A DNA stretch of 64,000 nt from Actinomycetales bacterium (GCA_045807245.1 JBJMHS010000020.1:1662-65661), one strand, 5' to 3'. Positions 1 to 8,550 are shown, counted from the first letter of the stretch. Numbers and translations: made by a program. Notes: generated by a model not told the origin, from the sequence alone.

Positions 1-202
1 TGGGCGTGCCGGTCGGCTCGTCGGTGGGGTCGTCGGTGGGTTCGTCCGTGGCATCGGCGGTGGGGGCGCCGATCGTGGAGTGCGCTGCACGCTGGATCGG
101 GCCGGGCAGGGAACCGGTGTAGGCCGCGGCGCCGGTGGCGGCCGCCAGTACTGCTACTCCGGCGACGATGGTGGCTCGAGTGCCGATAACGATGGTGCGC
201 AC
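1..202 (-). CDS. Secreted/membrane-anchored hypothetical protein, 5' part (runs off window start)
   Basis: Manual translation from GTG at 202 with a GAGAGGA RBS gives MRTIVIGTRATIVAGVAVLAAATGAAAYTGSLPGPIQRAAHSTIGAPTADATDEPTDDPTDEPTGTP: hydrophobic N-terminus, then a Pro/Thr/acidic linker. Not in the ORF track. Confidence 0.7.
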   Translation of the reverse strand, partial: MRTIVIGTRATIVAGVAVLAAATGAAAYTGSLPGPIQRAAHSTIGAPTADATDEPTDDPTDEPTGTP

Positions 203-253
203 GGACTTCCTCTCGGTCGAGCGGCTGTATCGAACGCCGCCAGTCGCTCGGTT

Positions 254-280
254 AACGCCGACCGTGCTGAGCCCGTTACA
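254..280 (-). promoter_or_regulatory. Putative ECF-sigma promoter (TGTAAC-N17-CGTT) for the gene starting at 202
   Basis: Minus strand reads tgtaac gggctcagcacggtcgg cgtt, matching the AAC...CGTT ECF pattern about 50 bp upstream of the start codon. Confidence 0.5.
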
Positions 281-340
281 GGGAGGCGTCGAAGTCGCCG
301 GATGGGTGACGAGGCTTAGCCACGCCGGGTCGGACGAGGA

Positions 341-411
341 CGCTGTCCGGCCGGGGTCCGGGGCCGTCAGACGCTCAGGGGAGCGCGCCGAGGCCGCCCG
401 GCCGGACAGCG
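341..411. repeat. Perfect 15-bp inverted repeat enclosing an inner hairpin
   Basis: cgctgtccggccggg (341-355) / cccggccggacagcg (397-411); inner hairpin cgctc-aggg-gagcg. Confidence 0.75.
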
Positions 412-648
412 GCATGAGCCTATAGACACAGCGTCAGCCCATCGGCGGCAGAGACGTCACGTCCGCGTCGGTCTGGACCCCCCCGGTCCGATGCCCCAGT
501 CATTGGCCGGGTCCGTCTCAGAGGCGTAACGTGCTTCTCCTCGAGGTCGTCCTGCTCTCCGGACCATGCGGAGCACCCGTCCCGTTCATCCCCTCGCCAG
601 ATGCGTCGGCTGGCAGCAGGGGGCTGGTGCTTCAGGCAGGAGATGCCG

Positions 649-981
649 ATGGCCGAGTTTGAGCGCGCGGAGGCGGCTGGGGATGTCGCACTCGCGATGG
701 ATCGATCAGTGACCAGTATCCGGTTGGTCGGGGACATCGACTTCGCTGTTGACCGCGACCTGCGGGTGGCTACTCGGGCCGCGATCGACCGGAACCTTCG
801 GGTGCGGGTGGATCTCTCCGCAGTCACTTTCCTGGACTCCGCCGGACTGAGCTTCGTCGCGCGGCTCCTGCGCAACGAGGACCGCCCGCCGCGCAGCGTG
901 ACAGTGGTCGGTGCCTCTTCGGTTGCCAAGGAGCGGCTGGAGATGGCCGGACTCCACCTTCTGGTGACGTTCGAGGGCTAG
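649..981 (+). CDS. STAS-domain anti-sigma factor antagonist
   Basis: LVGDIDF...VDLSAVTFLDSAGL STAS motif with the phosphorylatable Ser; AGGAG RBS at 638-642. Confidence 0.85.
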   Translation: MAEFERAEAAGDVALAMDRSVTSIRLVGDIDFAVDRDLRVATRAAIDRNLRVRVDLSAVTFLDSAGLSFVARLLRNEDRPPRSVTVVGASSVAKERLEMAGLHLLVTFEG

Positions 982-1103
982 GCCCGGGTCCCGTCCGGGA
1001 GAGCGAATGTTCGCTGGTCTTGCCTGGACGAGCATGTGCGGTGATGCTTAAGACTGCCTGCGACATGTTGGGCGTGGTACGAGACGCGTTCAAGGAGTCT
1101 GAC

Positions 1104-1448
1104 ATGGCGATGCCTCAAGACCTGCTGGCGTATCGGGCGCAACGCGCGATCGTGAGCGCCTTCTTCGACGGTGACGAGACCCTAATCCGCTTGGTCGGCG
1201 AGGTCGACCTGGCCCTGGCGGAAAGTCTTGATGTCACGGCGACAGAGGCGACCGCGTCCGGCAAGCCGGTCATCGTCGACGTCGAGCGGGTGACGTTCAT
1301 CGACTCGACGGGACTGGCCTTCCTGAGCCGACTGGCGGCAGCCGGCCACGAGATCGGGTCGGCGCCGCGCATCGTGGGCGCCAGCTGCCGCGTGCGGGAC
1401 ACGATCGAGATCGGCGGCCTGCTCCCCGTCCTCGACCTGGCACCCTGA
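1104..1448 (+). CDS. STAS-domain anti-sigma factor antagonist
   Basis: LVGEVDL...VDVERVTFIDSTGL motif; AAGGAG RBS before ATG 1104. Confidence 0.88.
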   Translation: MAMPQDLLAYRAQRAIVSAFFDGDETLIRLVGEVDLALAESLDVTATEATASGKPVIVDVERVTFIDSTGLAFLSRLAAAGHEIGSAPRIVGASCRVRDTIEIGGLLPVLDLAP

Positions 1449-1476
1449 CGGGACGAGTCGGGACGGGAACGGATCG

Positions 1477-1701
1477 ATGGAGGACCCATCGGACGAGGCG
1501 ACGAGGCCCATCCGGTTCACCACCCCGTCCTGGCGGACCAGGTTGTCGTGGGTGCTGGTGGTCGTCGTACTGGTCTCGGCCATCGTGGGTTTGTTCATCG
1601 CGGGGCACACGCCGTTGGCGTGTCTGGTCGCCGTGATGCTGCTCGTGGTCCTGGCTGCCGGGCCGGGCCGGCTCCGAGGCGACCGGACCCGCCGCAGATA
1701 G
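1477..1701 (+). CDS. Small two-TM membrane protein
   Basis: 74 aa, two hydrophobic stretches, Arg-rich C-terminus, high-GC codon pattern. Confidence 0.55.
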   Translation: MEDPSDEATRPIRFTTPSWRTRLSWVLVVVVLVSAIVGLFIAGHTPLACLVAVMLLVVLAAGPGRLRGDRTRRR

Positions 1702-1945
1702 CGGGACGCGTCCCACGAACCGCGAGGACCGAGGTGGCCGGGGCTGGAAGCGAAGCATTGCCAACGTCCCGCCACGGGCGGATGCTGAGAGCGGTGCTGA
1801 TGGCCTCACGTCCCGGGGAAGCGGGTCGGCCCACACATCGCCGGGAACACTGGGGGATGGGGAACTCACCGCGTCGCGGCGTGCCGTCATCGCTTGGATG
1901 GGCGGTGGCGGGGCGCTGCGACGGCTTGGGTCCGTCACGTCGATT

Positions 1946-1961
1946 TCGAACACAGTTCCGA
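1946..1961. promoter_or_regulatory. Degenerate LexA (SOS) box candidate
   Basis: tcgaacacagttccga versus the actinobacterial consensus TCGAAC-N4-GTTCGA (2 mismatches), 21 bp upstream of ATG 1983. Confidence 0.4.
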
Positions 1962-1982
1962 TACCTGTGGGACAGTGTCTCC

Positions 1983-2255
1983 ATGGCCGGCGGCATGCTC
2001 CCAGCGCGGGGCATGTCTTTGGAAGAGCGGTCCCGGCTCAGCGGCATCGCCGGGGCAGGATCGGGGACGCACCGCCGCCACTGCTGGGTGACCGGACCGG
2101 CCGAGGAGCCAGGACCCTGGCCCGGCCTGGTCGTGCACTGGGACCGCGCGGACGGGGGCTGGCGGGCCTGGGTCGTCTACCTCGTCGGCGACGGGCAGGC
2201 CCAGGCCGCGGTCCAGTGCTGGGTCGAGCGCGCCCGGCTCACGCCGGCGGAGTAA
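1983..2255 (+). CDS. Small Trp-rich hypothetical protein (HCWV...PGLVVHW...GWRAWVVY...CWV)
   Basis: 3' part of ORF 1548..2255; beta-strand-like pattern; -10-like GACAGT 6 nt before the ATG. Confidence 0.65.
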   Translation: MAGGMLPARGMSLEERSRLSGIAGAGSGTHRRHCWVTGPAEEPGPWPGLVVHWDRADGGWRAWVVYLVGDGQAQAAVQCWVERARLTPAE

Positions 2256-2286
2256 GACCAGTAGGTCCGGTGGCGACCACTGGTCG

Positions 2287-2667
2287 CTACGACTCTCCGG
2301 GAGGCGCGAAGTGCTCCTCGCGCGAGGACCACTCGAGCCGTTGACCCGAGCGGCCGCGGTACACGACCACACGGAACCGCGACGCCGGCCCCGGCTCGAG
2401 CAAGGCCTCGGCGGGCACGGTGAACGCGAAGGTCTGCTTCGGCGGGATGTCCCCGTGCAGGCTGCCGGCCAGCTTCAGGTGCATGCCCACGCGTCCGTCG
2501 TCGTACCGGACCGCGGCCTCGTCCACCCGGTGCGCGACGTCGGAGTCGTTCCGGATGAGTACCGAGATCCGGGCGAGCCGGGTGCGGCCTGCGTCCGAGA
2601 TGTACTCCGGCCGGCACTCGATCCAGAACCGCGGCTCCCGGCGCCGCTTGCGTACGCCCAGCCTCAC
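2287..2667 (-). CDS. Hypothetical protein
   Basis: 126 aa of normal composition; GGGAGG RBS before GTG. Confidence 0.6.
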   Translation of the reverse strand: MRLGVRKRRREPRFWIECRPEYISDAGRTRLARISVLIRNDSDVAHRVDEAAVRYDDGRVGMHLKLAGSLHGDIPPKQTFAFTVPAEALLEPGPASRFRVVVYRGRSGQRLEWSSREEHFAPPGES

Positions 2668-2764
2668 CGCTGCCCTCCCGTCACCTGCTGTTCAGGCATG
2701 TATACCCGCAGCAACCGCTGTCGCCGAGAACCAGTACCCGGACGTCGCACCCGCCGGGGCATAG

Positions 2765-2808
2765 CCGCGCCCCCCGAAGCCGCAGGGGGCAGGGCTCGAG
2801 GGGCGCGG
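2765..2808 (-). terminator. GC-rich hairpin downstream of the transglutaminase gene
   Basis: ccgcgcccc (2765-2773) / ggggcgcgg (2800-2808). Confidence 0.4.
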
Positions 2809-2841
2809 TAGGACAAGGGTGACGGGTTTCGGCGGCCCGCG

Positions 2842-5274
2842 CTAGTGGGCGCGTCCTCCGAACATGCGGCGTCGTCTCGGCGAGTGACCACGATCACCGC
2901 GGTCGCCTGGCCCTCGGGTGACGGAACGTCCGGTTCGGGCGATCCGCCGGTCGACGCCCGCGATCCGTTCGCCCGCCCGCGCGGACAGCACGACCAGCTG
3001 GTCGGTGCCCGAACGGGGCAGCACCCGCGCACGCAGCCGGGTCGACCGGTCCCGGCTGGTCCGGATCGCCTTCACCACCTGGTCGAGGTCGGGTCCGATG
3101 GTCGACAGCAGGTCGGGTGCCAGTCCCCGCGGTGCGCCGGCGGCCGTGGGAGGTGCGTAGCGAACCCGCTCGACCGCGAAGACCAGCCGGGCGAGCGAAT
3201 CGGCCGGCTCTCTGCGCAGCATGGCCCGCGACATCAGCTCGGCCTGGATCCGTCGTGGGGTGGACCCGATCGGAAGCTCGATGCCCAGGTCGTCCGCCCG
3301 CTCGATCAGCTCGGTCCACGTGGCCTCGACCCGCGTCGCGATGTCACGTGCCCGTCGCCGCCGACGCCATCGGGCCAGCAGGGCCGCGACCGGCGTGGCC
3401 GCCAGGCCGAGGACCAGCAGAGCCAGCAGCACGAGGACCTTGCCCGGGACGCGGAAGCCGTCGCCCGAGCCGGTGCCGGCGCTCAGGCCCGTGGGGGCGC
3501 CGGCTGCAGGCTCGGGCAGGTCGCGCGTCCCCGTCACGCGAGGCGTTGCCGTCTGTGGCCTCGTGGCTACGTCGGTCGGAATCGACGACGTGCCGGGGAC
3601 GGAGTACGACGGGGGCGCGCCCGTCCGGACGGCCGGCGTCGGCTCGAACCGCACCCACCCGACGCCCTCGAAGTACAGCTCGGGCCAGGCGTGCGCGTCG
3701 TTGAGGCTGACGCCCTGCCGGCCGTTGCTGAGGCGGGTGCCGGGCAGGAAGCCGACGCCGACCCGGGCCGGGATGCCGAGGGTGCGGGCCATCACCGCCA
3801 TCGCCGATGCGAACTGCACGCAGTAGCCGCGCTTGCTGGCCAGGAACGTGCTGACGGCGTCGGCGTTCTGGCTCGTGTCGACGTTGGTGTCGTAGATGAA
3901 CCCGCCGGTGTCGCGGAAGTACTTCTGCAGAGCGACGGCCTTGTCGAAGTCGGTCGGGGCCGTGGCGGTCAGCTGCCGGGCCAGCCGGGCGACCTCGGGC
4001 GAGAGGACGTTCGGCAGCTGCGTGTACTGCTGAACGAACGAGGCCGCAGCCTGCGGCGCCGTCTGGAGCTGGGCCGAGGTCGGCTGCACCTCGAGGTAGT
4101 TCACGGTGTAGTCCAGGCCCTTGGTACTGCGGCCCCGGCTGATGATGTCCAGGGAGTCGGCGGCATAGACCCAGGTGCCGGCGATCTTGACCGAGCGGAC
4201 CGGGTACGGCACCGGCAGGTAGCCCTGCGCGAGCGAGCCGACCTTGACCCTCATCGTGTGCGCCGTCGTGGTGATGGTGGGCGCCAGCCCTGGAGGTGTG
4301 GGCAGAGTGACGCCGGCCAGGTTGTTCAGGGAGGGCCGGCTGGACCGCCAGGTCTCGCCGTCGAACCGGTCGTCGGCGACCAACCTCAGCAGCGGCGGGT
4401 TGGCCTGGTCCGTCGTGTAGGTGAGCACCGGCGCGGCGCTGCGGGCCGTGAGGTTCTGCCGCAGGGTCAGGATCGGGTCGACGGCCGAGGCGCCCCGGCC
4501 GCCGCCGCCCGTGCCCGTCCCGTCGCCCTCACCGCTCTGGCCGATCAGCCCGTTGGGCAGGCTGGGCAACAGGAGCGGTACGGCGATCGCCACGGCGATG
4601 GTGATGATCCCGAGCCGGCGCGCACCGGTGCCCAGCACCTCGAGGTCGTCGCCGAAGCGCCGGCCTCGGCTCTCCGGCCCGGTGCGCAGGATGCGACCCC
4701 ACCCGTCTATCCGCAGCCGCCCGTCGTGGGCCAGCAGCACCAGCCATCCGGCCGAGACCGCCGCGAACGACCACGCGCTGGCGCCTCCCGGCAGCACGGC
4801 GGCCGGCACGCAGTAGAGCACCAGCAGGGGCAGGCCCGCGCCGACCGCCGTACCGCCGGTGACCGCGAGAGCGTCGACGGCCAGGGCGACGCCGAAGACA
4901 CCGATCGTCACCAGGTAGGTCAGCCCGGGCAGGTCGGGCGCCGGGGTGGAGAACTGCCGCGTCGCGTCCATCCCGTCCGTACCGAGCTGGAACAGGTCGT
5001 GCAGCGCGTCGGGACCGGGGAAGATCCCGAGCACCGCGTTGTCGCGCGCGAAGGCCATCGTCAGCACGATGATCCCGACGACGAGCTGGCCCAGTACGAC
5101 GACGCTGGGGGGCCGAGTGACCGATCGCAGGACCATGCCGCTCGCGGTGACGACGGCCACCATCAGCAGCGCGTACCAGGGCCACGAGTGAGCGGTCACG
5201 ACCGGCACGAGCGCCAGCGCGGCCAGCCCGGTGGCCCCCGCGGCGAGGTACGGCGCCAGCGTGTCGCGCCTCAT
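2842..5274 (-). CDS. Membrane protein with DUF3488 and transglutaminase-like domain (TgpA-like)
   Basis: Multi-TM N-terminus; GYCVQFAS, HAWPELYF and GWVRFEPT motifs; ATGA overlap with the DUF58 stop. Confidence 0.9.
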   Translation of the reverse strand: MRRDTLAPYLAAGATGLAALALVPVVTAHSWPWYALLMVAVVTASGMVLRSVTRPPSVVVLGQLVVGIIVLTMAFARDNAVLGIFPGPDALHDLFQLGTDGMDATRQFSTPAPDLPGLTYLVTIGVFGVALAVDALAVTGGTAVGAGLPLLVLYCVPAAVLPGGASAWSFAAVSAGWLVLLAHDGRLRIDGWGRILRTGPESRGRRFGDDLEVLGTGARRLGIITIAVAIAVPLLLPSLPNGLIGQSGEGDGTGTGGGGRGASAVDPILTLRQNLTARSAAPVLTYTTDQANPPLLRLVADDRFDGETWRSSRPSLNNLAGVTLPTPPGLAPTITTTAHTMRVKVGSLAQGYLPVPYPVRSVKIAGTWVYAADSLDIISRGRSTKGLDYTVNYLEVQPTSAQLQTAPQAAASFVQQYTQLPNVLSPEVARLARQLTATAPTDFDKAVALQKYFRDTGGFIYDTNVDTSQNADAVSTFLASKRGYCVQFASAMAVMARTLGIPARVGVGFLPGTRLSNGRQGVSLNDAHAWPELYFEGVGWVRFEPTPAVRTGAPPSYSVPGTSSIPTDVATRPQTATPRVTGTRDLPEPAAGAPTGLSAGTGSGDGFRVPGKVLVLLALLVLGLAATPVAALLARWRRRRRARDIATRVEATWTELIERADDLGIELPIGSTPRRIQAELMSRAMLRREPADSLARLVFAVERVRYAPPTAAGAPRGLAPDLLSTIGPDLDQVVKAIRTSRDRSTRLRARVLPRSGTDQLVVLSARAGERIAGVDRRIARTGRSVTRGPGDRGDRGHSPRRRRMFGGRAH

Positions 5275-6578
5275 CGCTCCACCACCGCGAGCACCTGGTC
5301 GTCCGTACGCAGGCGCTCCCATACGTCCGGGATGGCGTCGCCGAACCGGGCCTCGGCGACCGCCCAGCCGGCGTTGCGCAGGATGACGCACGCGCGGACG
5401 TGGGCGGGGTTGACCAGGTCCGGCGGCTGGCTGCGGTCGAAGCTCAGGGTGTCGAGGACGATCGCCACGCAGGAGGTGCCCTGGCGGCGCAGCCGGGCCA
5501 GGTCCTCGGCGGTGGCGTCGTCCATGTCGCCGACGACGGCGACGACCATGCCGCCGCGCTGGCTGGCCCGGGCCAGGTTCAGGCCCTCGGCCAGGAGAGC
5601 CGAGTCGCCCGCTTCGAGGACGGCGAGCTGGTCCAGCAACGGTCCGTCGCCGCCACTGGACGGGTCCGACCAGTCGTGGTGCACGGGTCCGTCGATCAGC
5701 CGGACCAGGTAGCTCAACCCGATCAGATGATGGGCGATCGAGGCGGTCGCGCTGACCGTCCACTCCAACGACGACGCCAGGCCCTCGCCACGGTGGGCGG
5801 ACGCCCGGCAGTCGATGAGCAGGCTGGCTCGGCTCTGCCAGGGCTGCTCCTCGCGCCGGACCATCAGCTCGCCGCGCCGTGCCGTGGACCGCCAGTGCAC
5901 CCGGCGCAGGTCGTCGCCGTGCCGGTACTCCCGGGTTGCGACATCGTCCTCACCCGACGCCGAGACGGCACGTGGCCGGCTGTCGCCCCGGCCGCCCCAG
6001 TCGCTGCGCCACGGCAGGCCCGGGAGCGAGTGAACCGGAGGAGTCACGACGAGGGTGTCGCGAGCGGTGAACGAGCGGGTCTGCTCGACCAGTCCGAACG
6101 GGTCGCTGAGCCGTACGGCGAGCGGCCCGATGGTGAACCGGCCCCGCACCTCGGACCGCACAGAGTAGGCGACGCCCCGTCGGTCGCCCGGCTCGAGGCC
6201 GGGCAGGACGAACCGAGGCCGCGTGCCCAGCACATAAGGCACGCGCTCCTCGACGAGCATGACCGAGCAGCGCGTCGCCGACACGTTGGCCAGCTCGAGA
6301 TGCACCCGGGCGGCCTGTCCCGCGGCGACGCGATGGGGCAGCAGTGTGCGCGTGCAGGACACGCGAAAGTGCCTGCGGGACAACACGACGGCGCACAAGG
6401 CGGGCAGGACGACGAGGAGGACGCCGACCCGCAGCAGGTCGGACTGGCCGAGACCCACCGCGCAGACGATGGCGCTGATGCCGGCGGCCAGGACGGCCCG
6501 TCCCCGGACGGTGAGCGAGCGCAGAGGGCCGAAAAGTGTGCGCCGCAGCGTCCGCCGCGGTTGCAGGGTCGCGCTCAT
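5271..6578 (-). CDS. DUF58 domain protein
   Basis: REYRHGDDLRRVHWRSTARRGELMVR motif; lies between moxR and the transglutaminase gene. Confidence 0.9.
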   Translation of the reverse strand: MSATLQPRRTLRRTLFGPLRSLTVRGRAVLAAGISAIVCAVGLGQSDLLRVGVLLVVLPALCAVVLSRRHFRVSCTRTLLPHRVAAGQAARVHLELANVSATRCSVMLVEERVPYVLGTRPRFVLPGLEPGDRRGVAYSVRSEVRGRFTIGPLAVRLSDPFGLVEQTRSFTARDTLVVTPPVHSLPGLPWRSDWGGRGDSRPRAVSASGEDDVATREYRHGDDLRRVHWRSTARRGELMVRREEQPWQSRASLLIDCRASAHRGEGLASSLEWTVSATASIAHHLIGLSYLVRLIDGPVHHDWSDPSSGGDGPLLDQLAVLEAGDSALLAEGLNLARASQRGGMVVAVVGDMDDATAEDLARLRRQGTSCVAIVLDTLSFDRSQPPDLVNPAHVRACVILRNAGWAVAEARFGDAIPDVWERLRTDDQVLAVVER

Positions 6579-6587
6579 CCCCGGCGG

Positions 6588-7598
6588 CTAACGGCTGAAC
6601 GCGCCCGGCACGCGCACCCGGGTGAGGAGGTCGGCGACCACGTCGGCGGTGGAACGTCGGGCCAGCTGCGTGTCAGCCGTCGGGAGCAGGCGGTGCGCCA
6701 GCACTGACACGGCGAGCGCCTGCACGTCGTCGGGCAGCACATGGTCGCGACCGGCCAGAGCAGCCGTGGCCCGCGCCGCGCGCATGAGGTGCAGAGTCGC
6801 GCGGGGCGAGGCGCCCAGCCGCAGCTCGGGGCTGCGCCGCGTCGCGGTGGCCAGGTCCACGGCGTACTGCTTGACCGAGTCGCTCAGATAGATGCCGCGC
6901 ACGGCCTGGATCAGGCGTCGTACGTCGTCAGCGCTCGCCACCGGACGGAGGTCGTCGAGTGGAGACGCCGCGGTGTGCGTCGCGAGCATGTCCAGCTCGG
7001 CTGCGGCCGACGGGTAGCCCATCGAGACCCTGGCCATGAACCGGTCGCGCTGGGCCTCCGGCAAGGGATAGGTCCCCTCCATCTCGATCGGGTTCTGCGT
7101 GGCGATCACGATGAACGGGGACTCCAGGACGTACGTCGTGCCGTCGACCGTGACCTGCTGCTCCTCCATCGACTCGAGCAGCGCGGACTGCGTCTTCGGC
7201 GAGGCCCGGTTGATCTCGTCGCCCACCACGACGTTGGCGAAGATCGCGCCCGGCTTGAACTCGAAGTCGCGCGTCTCCTGGTGGAAGACGCTGACGCCGG
7301 TGATGTCGCTGGGCAGCAGGTCGGGTGTGAACTGGATCCGGCGGACCGAGCAGTCGATCGCCCGGGCCAGCGCCTTGGCCAGCATGGTCTTGCCGACGCC
7401 CGGCACGTCCTCGATCAGCAGATGTCCTTCGGCGAGCAGCACCGTCACGGCGGTGCGCACCACTTCGGACTTGCCCTCGATGACCGACTCGATGGCCTCG
7501 CTGATCCGTCCCGCGGTCTGCTCGAGGTCCTCGAGAGCGAGCGAGTCGGGCTGCTCGTCGTAACCGGCGTCGGAATGTTCGGCGCTCGGTGCGCTCAC
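6588..7598 (-). CDS. moxR: MoxR family AAA+ ATPase
   Basis: LLIEDVPGVGKT Walker A, RIQFTPDLLPSD, DEINRASPKTQSALLE, ATQNPIEMEGTYPLPEAQRDRF. Confidence 0.95.
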   Translation of the reverse strand: MSAPSAEHSDAGYDEQPDSLALEDLEQTAGRISEAIESVIEGKSEVVRTAVTVLLAEGHLLIEDVPGVGKTMLAKALARAIDCSVRRIQFTPDLLPSDITGVSVFHQETRDFEFKPGAIFANVVVGDEINRASPKTQSALLESMEEQQVTVDGTTYVLESPFIVIATQNPIEMEGTYPLPEAQRDRFMARVSMGYPSAAAELDMLATHTAASPLDDLRPVASADDVRRLIQAVRGIYLSDSVKQYAVDLATATRRSPELRLGASPRATLHLMRAARATAALAGRDHVLPDDVQALAVSVLAHRLLPTADTQLARRSTADVVADLLTRVRVPGAFSR

Positions 7599-7840
7599 TC
7601 GTTCCTCCTCATCGCGGTGCCGACCTTGATTGGACCATTCTCTGGGACCCCTCGCCTAGCCGCCCGAAGGCGAAATCAGATCGTTCTCCACTTCGCACCA
7701 CCGGACGGATGCGTTCGCGTGACCGGAGAGCGAACCGAAGGTGACCACTCTGTTGTCCCGGCGGCATCCACCACTTCGCTTCCGGACCGCTGACCTGCAG
7801 CGACGTCGGCGACAACCGGGCGCGGACGAGCCGGATCTGC

Positions 7841-7872
7841 TTGACGGTGGGGAGAAGTGGGGTAAGGTGGGG
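7841..7872 (+). promoter_or_regulatory. mraZ/dcw promoter with three GTGGGG MraZ boxes at 10-bp spacing
   Basis: TTGACG (7841) and TAAGGT (7863); GTGGGG at 7847, 7857 and 7867. Confidence 0.8.
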
Positions 7873-7956
7873 CGCGCGGGAGCGGAGGGGCTCCTGGCTC
7901 TGGATGCTTCTGGACGCTTCTGGAGGCGGTCTGCGTGATGGGGAGGTGCGCCAGCG

Positions 7957-8388
7957 GTGTTCCTGGGCACCCACACTCCACGTCTGGACGAGAAGGGCCG
8001 GCTGTTCCTGCCGGCGCGGTACCGCGACAAGCTCGCCGACGGCCTGGTCGTCACGCGAGGGCAGGAGCGCTCGCTCTACGTCTTCCCGATGGACGAGTTC
8101 ACGCGCATCTCCGACCAGCTGCGGTCCGCACCGATGACGAACAAGGCGGCCCGCGACTACCTGCGTGTCTTCCTGTCCGGCGCGAGCGACGAAGTTCCGG
8201 ACCGGCAGGGCCGGATCACCGTCCCGCCGGTGCTGCGCGAGTACGCGCGGCTGACCCGCGACTGCACCGTCATCGGCGCGGGCGCGCGGATCGAGATCTG
8301 GGACTCGCCGACCTGGTCCGAGTACCTGGCCAGCACCGAGTCGGCCTTCGCCGACCAGGCGGAGGAGGTGGTGCCTGGCCTCATGTGA
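7957..8388 (+). CDS. mraZ: Division/cell wall cluster repressor MraZ
   Basis: [20 protein letters not shown]...DRQGRITVP; first gene of the dcw cluster. Confidence 0.97.
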   Translation: MFLGTHTPRLDEKGRLFLPARYRDKLADGLVVTRGQERSLYVFPMDEFTRISDQLRSAPMTNKAARDYLRVFLSGASDEVPDRQGRITVPPVLREYARLTRDCTVIGAGARIEIWDSPTWSEYLASTESAFADQAEEVVPGLM

Positions 8389-8439
8389 CGACACTCGCCG
8401 CTCCCCGGGCTCGCGCCCGCTGACGCGGCAGCTGGCAGC

Positions 8440-8550
8440 CGGCCTGCCGCGAGGTCTCCACCCGCTCCCGAGCCGTCCTGGCGCACCTTCCCCGGCGCCA
8501 GGCCGAACCCCTCGCCCACAAGGAGCGGTTGGGGACCTGACGGCAGGCCG
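8440..8550 (+). ncRNA. mraW RNA motif (actinobacterial cis-element upstream of rsmH)
   Basis: Hairpin cctggcgc-accttccccg-gcgccagg (8477-8502) with a CUUCCCC loop; outer stem cggcctgccg (8440-8449) / cggcaggccg (8541-8550). Confidence 0.75.

Noticed and set aside
1003-1014. Short palindrome gcgaatgttcgc between the STAS genes
   Set aside because: The spacing does not fit a LexA box and it is too short to separate from chance.
1702-1945. Intergenic stretch with several short GC stems
   Set aside because: No recognisable riboswitch, tRNA or coding signal; the stems are no stronger than expected at this GC content.
2702-2740. GGGTAT/GGGTAC on the minus strand as SigB/SigF -10 elements near the STAS genes
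   Set aside because: No GTTT-type -35 at the expected spacing.
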